Source: Candidatus Eiseniibacteriota bacterium (GTDB lineage Bacteria; Eisenbacteria; RBG-16-71-46; CAVPCR01). From it: a stretch of 64,000 nt of DNA. Below, piece after piece: positions 53,975 to 64,000 of the stretch. The stretch covers positions 832,001-896,000 of the forward strand of contig CAWGMA010000001.1 in assembly GCA_963823555.1 (NCBI GenBank), read 5' to 3'. The stretch's first letter is position 1, and each line of letters opens with the position of its first letter. Position numbers and translations under genes: made by a program. Below the pieces are notes generated by a model. It saw nothing but the letters and a program-made list of their open reading frames with translations, was not told the origin of the DNA and did no database searches.

Positions 53975-55837
53975 ATGCGTCTTCCGGACGAGTTGATAGA
54001 TGAGGTACGCGCGGCCACCAACGTCGTGGAGGTGATCGGCGAATACGTGCCTTTGACCGCGGCCGGGCGCAACTACAAGGGGCTCTGCCCCTTTCACGAG
54101 GAGAAGACCCCCTCGTTCATCGTGAGTCCGGACCGCCAGACCTACCATTGCTTCGGGTGCTCAGCCGGCGGCAATGTCTTCAGTTTCCTCATGAAGCATC
54201 AGGGCCTCGAGTTCCGCGAGGCCGTGGAGCTCCTGGCAGGCCGAGCCGGCATCTCGCTGCCGCGCCGTTCCGAGCCGCGCGGGGCCCTGGACGAGTCGGG
54301 CGCCGGGCGCCTGCTGGCCGCGCTCGAAGAGGCGACGAAGTTCTTCGAGCGCAACCTGTGGGAACGCGAGGCGGGGAGTCGGGCTCGGGCCTACCTCGAG
54401 GAACGCGGCATCGACGAGAGCGTGGCCCGGGCCTTTCGCCTCGGGTATGCGCTCCCAGGATACGACAGCATGCGGCGTCGACTGGGGGACGCCCACGGGC
54501 TCAAGACGCTCATCGCCTCTGGACTGCTCGTCGACCGCGGCGAGGACCGCAACTACGACCGGTTTCGCGATCGGCTCATCTTCCCCATCATCGGACCGGG
54601 AGGGCATCCGGTTGGGTTCGGGGCTCGCAGCCTGGACGGTTCGGAGCCCAAGTACCTGAACAGCCCGGAAACCGCGGTCTACCACAAGCGTGAGGTGCTC
54701 TACGGCCTCCATGCCGCCCGCAGCACCCTGGCCCGGCAGGGGGTGGCCTGGATCGTGGAAGGCTACATGGACGTCCTGACCCTCCATCAGGCCGGGTTCG
54801 GAGCCGCCCTTGCGGTCTCCGGCACCGCCCTGAGCGACCGCCACGCCCGCCTCCTGGGCCGTCATGCCCGGCAGGCCCTCCTCCTCTTCGACGGGGATGA
54901 TGCGGGGCGGGCGGCTGTCCTCCGCTCCCTGCCGCCTCTTCTGGGCGAGGGCCTCGAGGTCCGGGTGGCCATGATCCCTGGCGGGGATGACCCCGATAGC
55001 CTCCTGCGGAAAGGGGGCCGAGAGGCCCTCGAGGGGGTGGTCGCTCGGGCCACATCTGTGGTACAATTTGTTGTTACCCTTTGCTACACGGCACACTCCA
55101 AAGAAGAGGCGAGGGCGGAAGCGCTGCGCCAGCTCGTCAACCTTGGGTCTTTTGTCCCTGAGGGAGCGGCGCTGCGCTTGTTTTCCGAAGATGCGGCACG
55201 TCTCCTCGGCTTTGCCGAACCATCGCTGGGGCGTGAGATCGCCATAGCTCGGGCGGCGCGGGCAAGGCAGGCTGGGGCCACGAGCTGGGCGCGCAGCCAG
55301 GCAGGGCAGGATCTTGGACCAGGGACCAGCACGGGGGATGGGGCACCTCACCGGCGGTCGGGGGGGCAGCGACTCACCGGCCCGCCGCGCATCGGAACCA
55401 TCGGGGCTACCAGGACTTCCGGGAGCGGGGCAGAGAGGCTGCTCCTGGCTCTGGCCCTGGGCCGGCCTGAACTGGTGCGCCAGATCCGCAATGAACTCAC
55501 GAGCGACGATTTCTCCGGACCCGATCTCAAACGCGTGGCCGAACTCCTCCTGGCCCGCGAAGCGCAGAATCAATCGATCCGTCCGGCCGACCTGGTGGGT
55601 CCCGATGTCGATGCGACCCTGGCGAATCTCGTGACCGAGCTGGCGGTCGATCCCGCGGCCGGCGACGAGAACGCCGCGGCGGCGGCCGGTGAGCTGATCG
55701 CACGGCTCAAGGCGCGTCGCCGCCATCGGGAGATCACCCGGCTGCGCGAGCTGATTCGCGAGCACGAGGCGGCCGGCCGCCAAGAGGAGATCGGACCGCT
55801 GCTCGAACGAGTGCAAGTCCTCATCCAATCCGAGTGA
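53975..55837 (+). CDS. dnaG: DNA primase
   Basis: CPFHEEKTPSF..CFGC, DRFRDRLIFP, PKYLNSPET, VEGYMDV, FDGDDAG, DPD. Confidence 0.97.
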   Translation: MRLPDELIDEVRAATNVVEVIGEYVPLTAAGRNYKGLCPFHEEKTPSFIVSPDRQTYHCFGCSAGGNVFSFLMKHQGLEFREAVELLAGRAGISLPRRSEPRGALDESGAGRLLAALEEATKFFERNLWEREAGSRARAYLEERGIDESVARAFRLGYALPGYDSMRRRLGDAHGLKTLIASGLLVDRGEDRNYDRFRDRLIFPIIGPGGHPVGFGARSLDGSEPKYLNSPETAVYHKREVLYGLHAARSTLARQGVAWIVEGYMDVLTLHQAGFGAALAVSGTALSDRHARLLGRHARQALLLFDGDDAGRAAVLRSLPPLLGEGLEVRVAMIPGGDDPDSLLRKGGREALEGVVARATSVVQFVVTLCYTAHSKEEARAEALRQLVNLGSFVPEGAALRLFSEDAARLLGFAEPSLGREIAIARAARARQAGATSWARSQAGQDLGPGTSTGDGAPHRRSGGQRLTGPPRIGTIGATRTSGSGAERLLLALALGRPELVRQIRNELTSDDFSGPDLKRVAELLLAREAQNQSIRPADLVGPDVDATLANLVTELAVDPAAGDENAAAAAGELIARLKARRRHREITRLRELIREHEAAGRQEEIGPLLERVQVLIQSE

Positions 55838-55960
55838 AGGCGGTGCTCGAGCTAGATCATTCAGCCCCATGCCAGTCCTGCGCCTGGCGGGGTCGTGGCG
55901 TCAGGTGGCAGGTTCGATTGGGCGATCGTGTTCCTCGGCAAGCGAGGGCGGAGGGCGACC

Positions 55961-57717
55961 ATGAGTAAGAGATCCAAGGGCAGGGTTGTTCTCGAGGATC
56001 TGCGTCAAGCGGCCTTGAAACAGGGCTTCATGACCATCGATCAGATCGAGAACGCGATGGATCTCGAGACCAATATCGACCTCATGGATGAGGTCTACAT
56101 CATGCTCGGGAAGATGAAGATCGAGGTCTTCGACTCCGAGAAGGACGCGCAGGAGAAGATCCGCAAGGTCCAGAAGCAGGAGGAGAAGAAGACCGAAGCC
56201 CGAGCCGTCGCCAGCCAGGTCCTCAGGTACGACGACCCGGTGCGGATGTACCTGCGTGAGATGGGTCGCGTGCCATTGCTCGACCGCGAGGGCGAGGTCG
56301 AGATCGCCAAGCGCATCGAGAACGGTGGTCGCAAGATCCGCATGGCGGTCTTCCAGTCGCCAACTTGCCTGAAGGATCTTCTTGTTCTCGCCGAGCGCAT
56401 CGAGCAGGAAAAGGTGAAGCTCGAGGATGTCGTGCAGCTCGATTTCGGGGGCTGGAGCTCGGGGAGCTCCGCCCGCAAGGACCGGGCGCGCGTGATCGCC
56501 GTCATCCACAAGGCAGTGGAGGTCCAGGCTGAGCTCTCCCGACTGCGTCAGGCGTTGAGCCGGAAGGTGTCGCAGAAGCGCCAGCGGGAGCTCGAGGAAG
56601 CGGCCACCAAGCTCGAGACCAAGATCGCCCTGGATATCGCCGGGGTCCCTTTCAATCCCAAGCTGATCGACAAGCTGGCGGCCAAGGCCAAGCTGGCGTG
56701 GGAGCGCATGCGGGAGGCGGAGAATGATATCGCCGACATCGAGCGCCGCGTGGGCATGTCCTCGGAGGACATCACCACCCTGGCCAAGCGGGCAGGGCGG
56801 GGCGCGCCGGACCTGCGGAAGGTCAAGCGCGAGACGGGCCTCGGCAAGGAAGAGCTGGGTGACGCACTCAAGAATCTGACGCTCGCCAAGAAGCGCGTGA
56901 AGAGGATCGAGGTCGAAGACCAGCTCACGCGGGATCAGCAGCGGGCCATTGTCCGCATGATCCTCGAGGGTGAGCGCGAGGTGGACAAGGCCAAGCGCGA
57001 GATGATCGAGGCCAACGTCCGGCTCGTGATCTCGATCGCCAAGCGCTACACGAACCGCGGGCTCGAGTTCCTCGACCTGATCCAGGAAGGCAACTCCGGT
57101 CTGATGCGGGCGGTCGACAAGTTCGACTACACCAAGGGCTACAAGTTCTCGACCTACGCCACGTGGTGGATCCGCCAGGCGATCACGCGCGCCATCGCCG
57201 ATCAGGCGCGCACGATCCGGGTCCCGGTGCACATGATCGAAGCCATCAACAAGGTGGTGCGCACCTCGCGTCGCCTGGTGCAGGAGCTGGGTCGCGAGCC
57301 GATCCCGGAGGAGATCGCCGAGCCAAGCTCGACATGCCGGTCGACAAGATCAAGAGCGTGCTCAAGGCGGCCCAGGAGCCGATCTCGCTCGATCGTCCGA
57401 TCGGTGAGGACGACGACTCGAACCTCGGGGACTTCGTCGAGGACACGAGCGTGATCTCACCGGCGCACTCCGCGGCCTTCGCCATGCTCAAGGACGAGGT
57501 ATCGGATGTCTTGAAGACCCTGACTCCGCGCGAGGCCAAGGTCATCAGGCTGCGGTTCGGCCTCACCGAGGACGGTTGCCCGCGCACGCTCGAGGAGGTC
57601 GGCGCCTCGTTCAATGTGACCCGCGAGCGCATCCGGCAGATCGAGGCCAAGGCGCTGCGCAAGCTCCGGCACCCGACCCGGCGCCGGCGCCTGAAGGGTT
57701 TCGTCGAGTTCGTCTAG
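55961..57717 (+). CDS. rpoD: RNA polymerase primary sigma factor RpoD; apparent frameshift near 57322
   Basis: [48 protein letters not shown]-like RVPVHM; after EEIAE the protein continues in another frame ([36 protein letters not shown]). Confidence 0.93.
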
Positions 57718-57768
57718 ATGCGGCATCGGGTTCCGGCGGTGGGCCGCGACCAGGCGCCGGTCCGGGGC

Positions 57769-57798
57769 TTGCGGGTGCCGCGGCTTTGGTGCTACTTT
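57769..57798 (+). promoter_or_regulatory. Putative tRNA promoter
   Basis: TTGCGG-N18-TACTTT with extended -10 TG. Confidence 0.4.
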
Positions 57799-57813
57799 CC
57801 TCGTCTGGTTTGT

Positions 57814-57886
<73 letters not shown>

Positions 57887-57951
57887 CGGTGTGGGGCGAC
57901 GGGCCAGGGACCACGCAGAACAGGGCATTCATTTTGGTCCGTGCAGAAGAA

Positions 57952-58027
57952 GGGCGGGTAGCTCAGCTGGCAGAGCACCAGGATCACAACCTGGGGGTCA
58001 CAGGTTCGAGCCCTGTCCCGCCCACCA
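57952..58027 (+). tRNA. tRNA-Val (CAC)
   Basis: GGGCGGG/CCCGCCC acceptor stem, CCAGG-ATCACAA-CCTGG anticodon arm, TTCGAGC T-loop, ACCA end. Confidence 0.88.
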
Positions 58028-58155
58028 TGTTGAGCCGGCACCGGAAAGGCGGTGCGGCCTGGCCCCGCTCCGGCCCCGATCGGGGGTGGGGAGCGAGCGT
58101 GGAGATGACCTCGCTTCCCGTCGGGTGGAGCCGGCGCTCGCCGGACCCGAGACCA

Positions 58156-58191
58156 GGGAGCATGCCGTTACGGCATGCTCCCTTTTCATTT
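58156..58191 (+). terminator. Rho-independent terminator after the tRNAs
   Basis: Perfect 12-bp stem GGGAGCATGCCG / CGGCATGCTCCC followed by TTTTCATTT. Confidence 0.8.
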
Positions 58192-58213
58192 GGGGGAGGG
58201 TGGTGACGCAACC

Positions 58214-58936
58214 ATGAAAGCCGCCATGGTAGAAGTCCTGATCGTTCTGGCTCGCATCGACGGTGAGTGGCGCCAGATTCACGACCGTCTGGATGCGATT
58301 CCAACGCGGATCGCCCGCATCGATACCGAAGCGGCTCGCCTCAAGTCAGAGCAGGAGCGAGCTCAGCGGGAACTGGACGAGGCCATGAAGAAACGGCGCC
58401 AGCGCGAGCAGGACGCGCTCGCCCTGGACGCGCAGATCGCAAGCGACGCCGGGAAGCTGGCAAGCATCCGCAACAACGTCGAGTACCAGGCCATGCTCAA
58501 GCAGATCGCCGAGGGCAAGAACAAGAAGACCGCACTGGAGAACGATGCCCTCGAGCTCATGGAACGTGAAGAGGCTCTTGGCCGCAAGCTCAGAGAGGAT
58601 CGAAAGCACGTCGACCAGGAGCTTGCCGAGCTGACCCAGGATCGCGCCGCCCTCGACGCGGAGCGGAAGCAGAACGAGGCCGAACTGGCCGCCAAGACCG
58701 AGGAGCGGTCGCAGCTGCTTGCCGGACTCGATCCCGAACTGAGATCCCGCTACCAGCGGCTGGCTCGGGCCAAGGGCGGACTGGCCGTGGTGCCCGTGGT
58801 GAATGGAGCCTGTGGCGGTTGTTTCACCGCTCTACCGCCGCAACGAGTCAACGAAGCCCGACTGGCGGAGCGTCTCGTCTTCTGCGACGGCTGCAGTCGC
58901 ATCCTCATCTGGGACGAGGAGCGCGGCTCCCTTTGA
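58214..58936 (+). CDS. Coiled-coil C4-type zinc ribbon protein (DUF164 family)
   Basis: Long coiled coil, NNVEYQAM, YQRL, CGGCFTALPPQ, CDGCSRIL. Confidence 0.9.
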   Translation: MKAAMVEVLIVLARIDGEWRQIHDRLDAIPTRIARIDTEAARLKSEQERAQRELDEAMKKRRQREQDALALDAQIASDAGKLASIRNNVEYQAMLKQIAEGKNKKTALENDALELMEREEALGRKLREDRKHVDQELAELTQDRAALDAERKQNEAELAAKTEERSQLLAGLDPELRSRYQRLARAKGGLAVVPVVNGACGGCFTALPPQRVNEARLAERLVFCDGCSRILIWDEERGSL

Positions 58937-59346
58937 GCCGACGAGAGCCCGATCTCGTGATCCACGTCGACGGGGCCGCCCGCGGCAATCCCGGGCCGGC
59001 CGGCGCCGGCGTCCTCGTCACGACGCCTTCCGGTGATGTGGTGGAGGAAGTGACCGCCTACATCGGCAATGCCACCAACAATGTGGCCGAGTACCGGGCC
59101 TTGATCCTGGGTCTCGCCGCCGCTGCCCGGCTCGGGGCCACGTCGGTCACCGTCCATATGGACTCCGAGCTCGTGGTGAGGCAGATGCTGGGGCAATATC
59201 AGGTCAAGAACCCCACCTTGAAGGTCCTCCATGCCGAGGCCAGCGAGCTCCGCAGCCGATTCACCCGGTTCTCGATCCAGCACGTGCCCCGGGCCGCCAA
59301 CGCGGAGGCCGATCGGCTGGCCAATGAAGCGATCGACGGGGCATAG
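58933..59346 (+). CDS. rnhA: Ribonuclease HI family protein
   Basis: HVDGAARGNPGPAGAG, TNNVAEY, DSELVVRQM, HVPRAAN..AD..AN. Confidence 0.9.
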   Translation: MSRREPDLVIHVDGAARGNPGPAGAGVLVTTPSGDVVEEVTAYIGNATNNVAEYRALILGLAAAARLGATSVTVHMDSELVVRQMLGQYQVKNPTLKVLHAEASELRSRFTRFSIQHVPRAANAEADRLANEAIDGA

Positions 59347-59451
59347 GGAACCCGGCACAATAGGAAGGGGAGAATCGGCGAGGTAGGCGCAAGGCCCCAG
59401 GACCGGGGCCCGCTGGCCGATGATCCTAATGAATGGGTGATGGATGAGGCC

Positions 59452-59821
59452 GGAGTCGGTGAGGCGACCGCGGGCCGCCGAGAGGCGGCTCGAGGAAAGT
59501 CCGGGCTCCACAGGGCAGGGTGCTGGGTAACCCCCAGCGGGAGCGATCCTAGGGAAAGTGCCACAGAGAATAGACCGCCTAAGTCCCGCCTCGGCGGGGC
59601 CGGCAAGGGTGAAACGGTGAGGTAAGAGCTCACCAGTGCTGGCGGTGACGCCGGCAGCTCGGTAAACCCCACCCGGAGCAAGGCCAAATAGGGGAGGAGA
59701 GGCGGCCCGCCTCGTCATGACTCCCGGGTAGGCTGCTCGAGGCGTCCGGGAACGGACGTCCCAGATGAATGGTCGCCAGGCCCCTCGGGGCCGGCACAGA
59801 ACCCGGCTTACCACTGGCTCC
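59452..59821 (+). ncRNA. rnpB: RNase P RNA (type A)
   Basis: GAGGAAAGTCCGGGC, GGAAAGTGCCACAGA, GGGTGAAACGGTGAGGTAAGAGC, GGTAAACCCC, ACAGAACCCGGCTTA; complementary termini (P1). Confidence 0.97.
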
Positions 59822-59826
59822 GGCCT

Positions 59827-59860
59827 CGTTCGCGCCGGCGGCGGCTCGCCGGCGCGAACG
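59827..59860 (+). other. Strong hairpin downstream of rnpB without U-tract
   Basis: 14-bp stem CGTTCGCGCCGGCG / CGCCGGCGCGAACG. Confidence 0.55.
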
Positions 59861-59922
59861 ACGCGCTGGGCGCGGGGATCGTCGCTCGAGAGGAACTCAC
59901 AACCAACGGATCCGGTCTCGCC

Positions 59923-62163
59923 ATGGCAGATTACCTCCCGCGGTCCAATCGCAATCCCGACATCTTGTTCGCCGGGCTCCTCACCCAGGCCAAGACCGTG
60001 CGCTCGGGATTCGATGTCGACCGTGTGCGCCGGGCCTACGATTTCTCCAAGAGCGCGCACGGCTATCAGCTCCGACGCTCGGGGGACCCCTACATCACCC
60101 ACTGTGTCGAGGTCGGCCTCATTCTCGTCGAGCTCCTCGAATCTCGGATCGACGAGACGCTGATCATGGCCGCGCTGCTCCACGATGTGGTCGAGGACAC
60201 GACCATCGACCTGGCCGAGGTGGAGCAACGCTTCGGTCCGGCGGTGGCGCGACTGGTCGATGCGCTCACCAAGATCTCCGGCCTGTCGATGGTCGACCGC
60301 CTTCACGAGCAGGCCAACACCTTCCGCAAGATGCTCCTCTCGATGGCAAAGGACATCCGCGTTGTGCTGATCAAGCTCGCCGATCGCCTGCACAACATGC
60401 GCACTCTCGAGCACCTGAAGCGGGAGCGGGCGCGTGAGATCGCGACCGAGACCCTGGACATCTACGCTCCGCTCGCGCACCGGATGGGAATCGCCACCAT
60501 CAAGTGGGAGCTCGAGGATCTTGCGTTCAAGCACCTCAATCCCGACCTCTACCGCGAGATCTCGCGCAAGGTCGAGATGCGGCGAGGCGAGCGTGAACGC
60601 TATCTCGAGGAGGTGCGGGCCGAGATCCATCGCCGCCTCGTGCAGATGGGAATCAAAGCCGAGGTCATTGGGCGGCCCAAGCACTTCTATTCGATCGCCA
60701 AGAAGATGCAGGATCAGGGGCGCCCCTTCGAGGACATCTATGATCTGCTCGGCGTGCGCATCATCAGTACCAGCACGGATGACTGCTACAAGGCTCTGGG
60801 AGCGGTACACAATCTCTACAATCCGATCCACGATCGCTTCACCGACTACATAGCAACGCCCAAGAGCAACATGTACCAGTCGCTGCACACGACCGTCGTG
60901 GGGCCGCGCAATAACCTGATCGAGGTGCAGATTCGCAGCCGGGAGATGCATCGGCTGGCCGAGCTCGGGGTGGCGGCTCACTACTCCTACAAGGAGGGTG
61001 GGGAGGTGGAGGCGGCCGCCGGCGCCGCCTGGGCGGCCATCATGCGTCAGACCGAGCAGTGGTCGGAGGACGCGGCGACGCCCGATGAGTTCCTCGAGTA
61101 CGTGAAGATCGGCTTCTATCAGGATGAAGTGTTCGTCTTCACCCCCAAGGGCGACCTGATCCACTTGCCGCAGGGCTCGACACCGGTCGACTTCGCCTAC
61201 CACATCCACACCCAGGTTGGAGAGCACACGGTCGGAGCCCGCGTCAACGGCCGGATCGTGCCGCTGCGTCACCAGCTCACCTCCGGCGATCACGTCGAGA
61301 TCATCACCTCACAGCAGGGTCAGCCCAGCGCCGACTGGCTTGCGTTCGTGGCGACTTCCCGCGCCCGATCGAAGATCCGCCGCTGGGTCAAGGCGCAGCG
61401 GCACGACCAGTCGCTGGCCCTTGGACGGGAGATGCTGGACAAGGAGGTGCGGCGACTGCGGCTCAAGATGCTCGATCCGGAGCCCCTGGCCGATGTCGGC
61501 CAGTCACTGGGTTACGAAGGTGTGGAGAGCCTGATGGTGGCTCTCGGCAACGGCGAGGTGAGCCTGAAGCAGGTCATCGCCAAGGCCTTCCCGGATCTGG
61601 CCGAGCCCCAGGAGCGGCCGCGGCGGACCTTCTCGCTGGAGGGCCTGCGCCAGCTTGCCAGCCGTCCGGCGCGGGGCGTATCGATCCAGGGCCTCGACAA
61701 CCTGATGATCACCTTCGCCAAGTGCTGCATGCCGGTTCCCGGAGATCGCATCACCGGCATCGTCACCCGCGGCCGAGGTGTCACCGTGCATCGCGTGGAT
61801 TGCCCGAACGCCTTCGATGGGCGGGTCGAGCCGGAGCGGCGCATCCGCGTCGACTGGGATGCCGACCGCGACCAGGCCTTCCTCGTCAAATTGCTCGTCA
61901 ACGGCGTCGAGCGCCGCGGGCTCCTGGCTGATGTTGCCAAGGCGATCTCCGCCGCCGATACCAATATCCGTCGCTCCGAGGTGGATTCCGACGGAGCGCT
62001 GGCGCGCGGCACCTTCTATGTGGAGGTGCGGAATCTCCGCCATCTGGAGCGGGTGATCCGCGCCGTGCGGGAGGCCAAGGGCGTGACCGGCGTCGAACGG
62101 CATCAGGTCTTCGGCGATGCGCGGATCGATGATCTCGCGCAGCCCGAGGAAGAGGTCGGCTAG
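59923..62163 (+). CDS. relA: Bifunctional (p)ppGpp synthetase/hydrolase
   Basis: RRSGDPYITH, HDVVED (intact HD), KLADRLHNMRTL, RPKH, YQSLHT, EVQIR, TGS and ACT domains. Confidence 0.96.
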   Translation: MADYLPRSNRNPDILFAGLLTQAKTVRSGFDVDRVRRAYDFSKSAHGYQLRRSGDPYITHCVEVGLILVELLESRIDETLIMAALLHDVVEDTTIDLAEVEQRFGPAVARLVDALTKISGLSMVDRLHEQANTFRKMLLSMAKDIRVVLIKLADRLHNMRTLEHLKRERAREIATETLDIYAPLAHRMGIATIKWELEDLAFKHLNPDLYREISRKVEMRRGERERYLEEVRAEIHRRLVQMGIKAEVIGRPKHFYSIAKKMQDQGRPFEDIYDLLGVRIISTSTDDCYKALGAVHNLYNPIHDRFTDYIATPKSNMYQSLHTTVVGPRNNLIEVQIRSREMHRLAELGVAAHYSYKEGGEVEAAAGAAWAAIMRQTEQWSEDAATPDEFLEYVKIGFYQDEVFVFTPKGDLIHLPQGSTPVDFAYHIHTQVGEHTVGARVNGRIVPLRHQLTSGDHVEIITSQQGQPSADWLAFVATSRARSKIRRWVKAQRHDQSLALGREMLDKEVRRLRLKMLDPEPLADVGQSLGYEGVESLMVALGNGEVSLKQVIAKAFPDLAEPQERPRRTFSLEGLRQLASRPARGVSIQGLDNLMITFAKCCMPVPGDRITGIVTRGRGVTVHRVDCPNAFDGRVEPERRIRVDWDADRDQAFLVKLLVNGVERRGLLADVAKAISAADTNIRRSEVDSDGALARGTFYVEVRNLRHLERVIRAVREAKGVTGVERHQVFGDARIDDLAQPEEEVG

Positions 62164-62169
62164 ACCATC

Positions 62170-62667
62170 ATGCGGGCGGTGGTGCAACGGGTGAGCCAGG
62201 CTCGAGTGCGGGTTGACGGCGCCGAGGTCGGCCGCATCGGTCCCGGGTTGCTCGTTCTCCTTGGCATCGGGCACGGCGACGGTGCCGCCGAGGGGGAATG
62301 GATGGTGCGGAAGCTCTCCGAGCTGCGCATCTTCCCCGATGCCGAGGGGCGCATGAATCGCTCGATCGAGGAGAGCGCCGGCGGCGTCCTGCTCATTTCC
62401 CAGTTCACCCTCTACGGAGATGCTCGCAAGGGCAGGCGGCCGAGCTATACGGATGCCGCTCCCCCCGCGGAGGCCGAGCCTCTCATCGCTCGGGTAGCCG
62501 ACGGGCTGCGCGCCCGGGGACTCGAAGTGGCCACCGGAGTGTTCGGCGCCATGATGGATGTCGAGCTCGTCAACCAGGGCCCCGTGACCATTCTCCTCGA
62601 TACCGCCGCAGCGGCGCCCAGCCCGCGCGCGAACCGGAGCGAGGGTCACGCCGCGGGGTCCTCATGA
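62170..62667 (+). CDS. dtd: D-aminoacyl-tRNA deacylase
   Basis: MRAVVQRV, SQFTL, GRRPS, FGAMMDVELVNQGPVT. Confidence 0.96.
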   Translation: MRAVVQRVSQARVRVDGAEVGRIGPGLLVLLGIGHGDGAAEGEWMVRKLSELRIFPDAEGRMNRSIEESAGGVLLISQFTLYGDARKGRRPSYTDAAPPAEAEPLIARVADGLRARGLEVATGVFGAMMDVELVNQGPVTILLDTAAAAPSPRANRSEGHAAGSS

Positions 62668-63353
62668 TGTCCCGCCGTCACGCGGGGCAGCTCTTGCTCG
62701 CCGGGGACCGCCCGCTGATCCTCGCCTCGCGCTCGCCGCGTCGGGTGGAGATCCTGCGCCGACTTGGCGTGCCCGTGAGCGTGAAGCCCGCTGATGTCGA
62801 AGAGAAGTTCGAGCCCGGTGTGCCGCCGCGGGAAGCAGCGATGCGCGCCGCAGCGCACAAGGCGGTCGCTGTGGCCCGCAAGCTGCGTGGGGGGCTCGTC
62901 CTGGGCGCGGATACGATCGTCATCCTCGACGGCGATATCCTGGGGAAACCGGCCGATGCGCGGCAGGCGGCGGCGATGCTCAGGCGGCTGGCGGGCCGCA
63001 CCCATGTCGTGACCACCGGGCTCGCGCTCATCGACGTGGATCACGGCGTGCGCTGCCTGTCGTGGGAGGACACGAAGGTGCACATGCGAAAGGCGAACTC
63101 CGCCGAGATCGCCGCCTATGTGGCCACGGGAGAGCCGCTCGACAAGGCCGGGGCCTACGGGATCCAGGGTCACGGCGCGCTCTTTGTCGATCGGATCGAG
63201 GGGTGCTACTTCAATGTGGTGGGCCTGCCGGTGGCGCGGCTCCGGAGCATGCTGGTCGATGTGCTCGGCGACCCGTTCATCGCCGGAACCCGGGCCGGCC
63301 GGCAGCCGGCGCCGAAGCGCGGGGCGCGATCGCGCCCGGAGAGCAAGCGATGA
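62664..63353 (+). CDS. maf: Maf family nucleotide pyrophosphatase
   Basis: LILASRSPRR, GADTIV, GKP, DKAGAYGIQG, NVVGLP. Confidence 0.95.
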   Translation: MMSRRHAGQLLLAGDRPLILASRSPRRVEILRRLGVPVSVKPADVEEKFEPGVPPREAAMRAAAHKAVAVARKLRGGLVLGADTIVILDGDILGKPADARQAAAMLRRLAGRTHVVTTGLALIDVDHGVRCLSWEDTKVHMRKANSAEIAAYVATGEPLDKAGAYGIQGHGALFVDRIEGCYFNVVGLPVARLRSMLVDVLGDPFIAGTRAGRQPAPKRGARSRPESKR

Positions 63354-64000
63354 TCGAGACCGTGAGCTATGCGGAGGGGAGATTCCGCTTCATCGACCAG
63401 ACCCGCCTTCCCGAGGCGGAGATCCATATCGAGACCACCGATTGGCGCGAAGTCGCTGCCGCGATCCGTACCCTGGCCATCCGTGGCGCCCCGGCGATCG
63501 GGGTGGCCGCGGCGATGGCGGTCGCGCTCGCCGCGCGGGCCGCCGCCGGTTCGGAAGCGAAGCGAGCTCTGCATGCTATCGAGGCTGCGATCGCCGGACT
63601 CCGGAGCACGCGGCCGACGGCTGTCAATCTGTTCTGGGCGCTCGATCGCATGCAGTCGGCGCTGGAACGCGCCGGTGTCGAGCTGCATGGCGACGCGCTC
63701 GCCCAGAGGCTCGAGGCCGAGGCCCTGGCCATTCACGCCGAGGATCTGGCTCAGTCGCGCTCGATCGGCGATCACGGTGCCGCTCTCGTGCCCGAGGGCG
63801 CCCGCATCCTCACGCATTGCAACGCGGGCGGGTTGGCCACGGGAGGTTTGGGCACGGCGCTCGCCGTCATCTATGCCGCTCATGATCAGGGCAAGCGGGT
63901 CAGCGTTCTCGTCGATGAGACCCGACCTCTGCTCCAGGGCGCGCGCCTCACCGCCTGGGAGCTTCACCGCTCCGGCATTCCGGTCACCTTGATCACCGAT
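63350..64000 (+). CDS. mtnA: S-methyl-5-thioribose-1-phosphate isomerase; 3'-partial
   Basis: Read directly from DNA (absent from the ORF track): MIETV..IDQTRLP, IRGAPAIGVAAA, RPTAVNL, LTHCNAGGLAT, DETRPLLQGARLTAWEL. Confidence 0.93.
   Translation, partial: MIETVSYAEGRFRFIDQTRLPEAEIHIETTDWREVAAAIRTLAIRGAPAIGVAAAMAVALAARAAAGSEAKRALHAIEAAIAGLRSTRPTAVNLFWALDRMQSALERAGVELHGDALAQRLEAEALAIHAEDLAQSRSIGDHGAALVPEGARILTHCNAGGLATGGLGTALAVIYAAHDQGKRVSVLVDETRPLLQGARLTAWELHRSGIPVTLITD

Noticed and set aside
58750..61293. 847-aa minus-strand ORF
   Set aside because: Antisense to rnhA, rnpB and relA; no recognisable domain.

Overview
High-GC bacterial genomic window. The gene content (FlgD-Ig/T9SS-like C-terminal domains plus short C-terminal WGxxKxxY tails) is reminiscent of FCB-related candidate lineages such as Eisenbacteria/Krumholzibacteria; this taxonomy is inference only. 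From left to right: (1) the 3' part of a type II DMSO-reductase-family operon (Nitrospira/anammox NxrB-like beta subunit, heme-b gamma subunit, TorD-like chaperone) and corA; (2) a heavily frameshifted four-gene redox operon (DUF6599-like, Tat DUF362, membrane polyferredoxin, Tat aldo/keto reductase) and pyruvate kinase; (3) an accessory stretch of about 14 kb of secreted-protein genes that use two different C-terminal tails (five FlgD-Ig domains, and two WGxxKxxY tails plus one orphan remnant); (4) a BlaI/BlaR1(M56)-TonB module with a clear tandem operator; (5) PNGase F-like, AsmA, PTS IIA plus a short zinc-ribbon gene, icd, a two-component system and glycosyltransferases; (6) a core block: grpE-dnaJ-rsmE, rpsU-cvpA-mutS2-dnaG-rpoD (rpoD frameshifted, probably a sequence error), tRNA-Ile2, tRNA-Val, zinc-ribbon gene, RNase HI, RNase P RNA, relA/spoT, dtd, maf and partial mtnA. 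No CRISPR array, integrase or transposase was seen. All family assignments come from motif recognition by eye, not from database searches.
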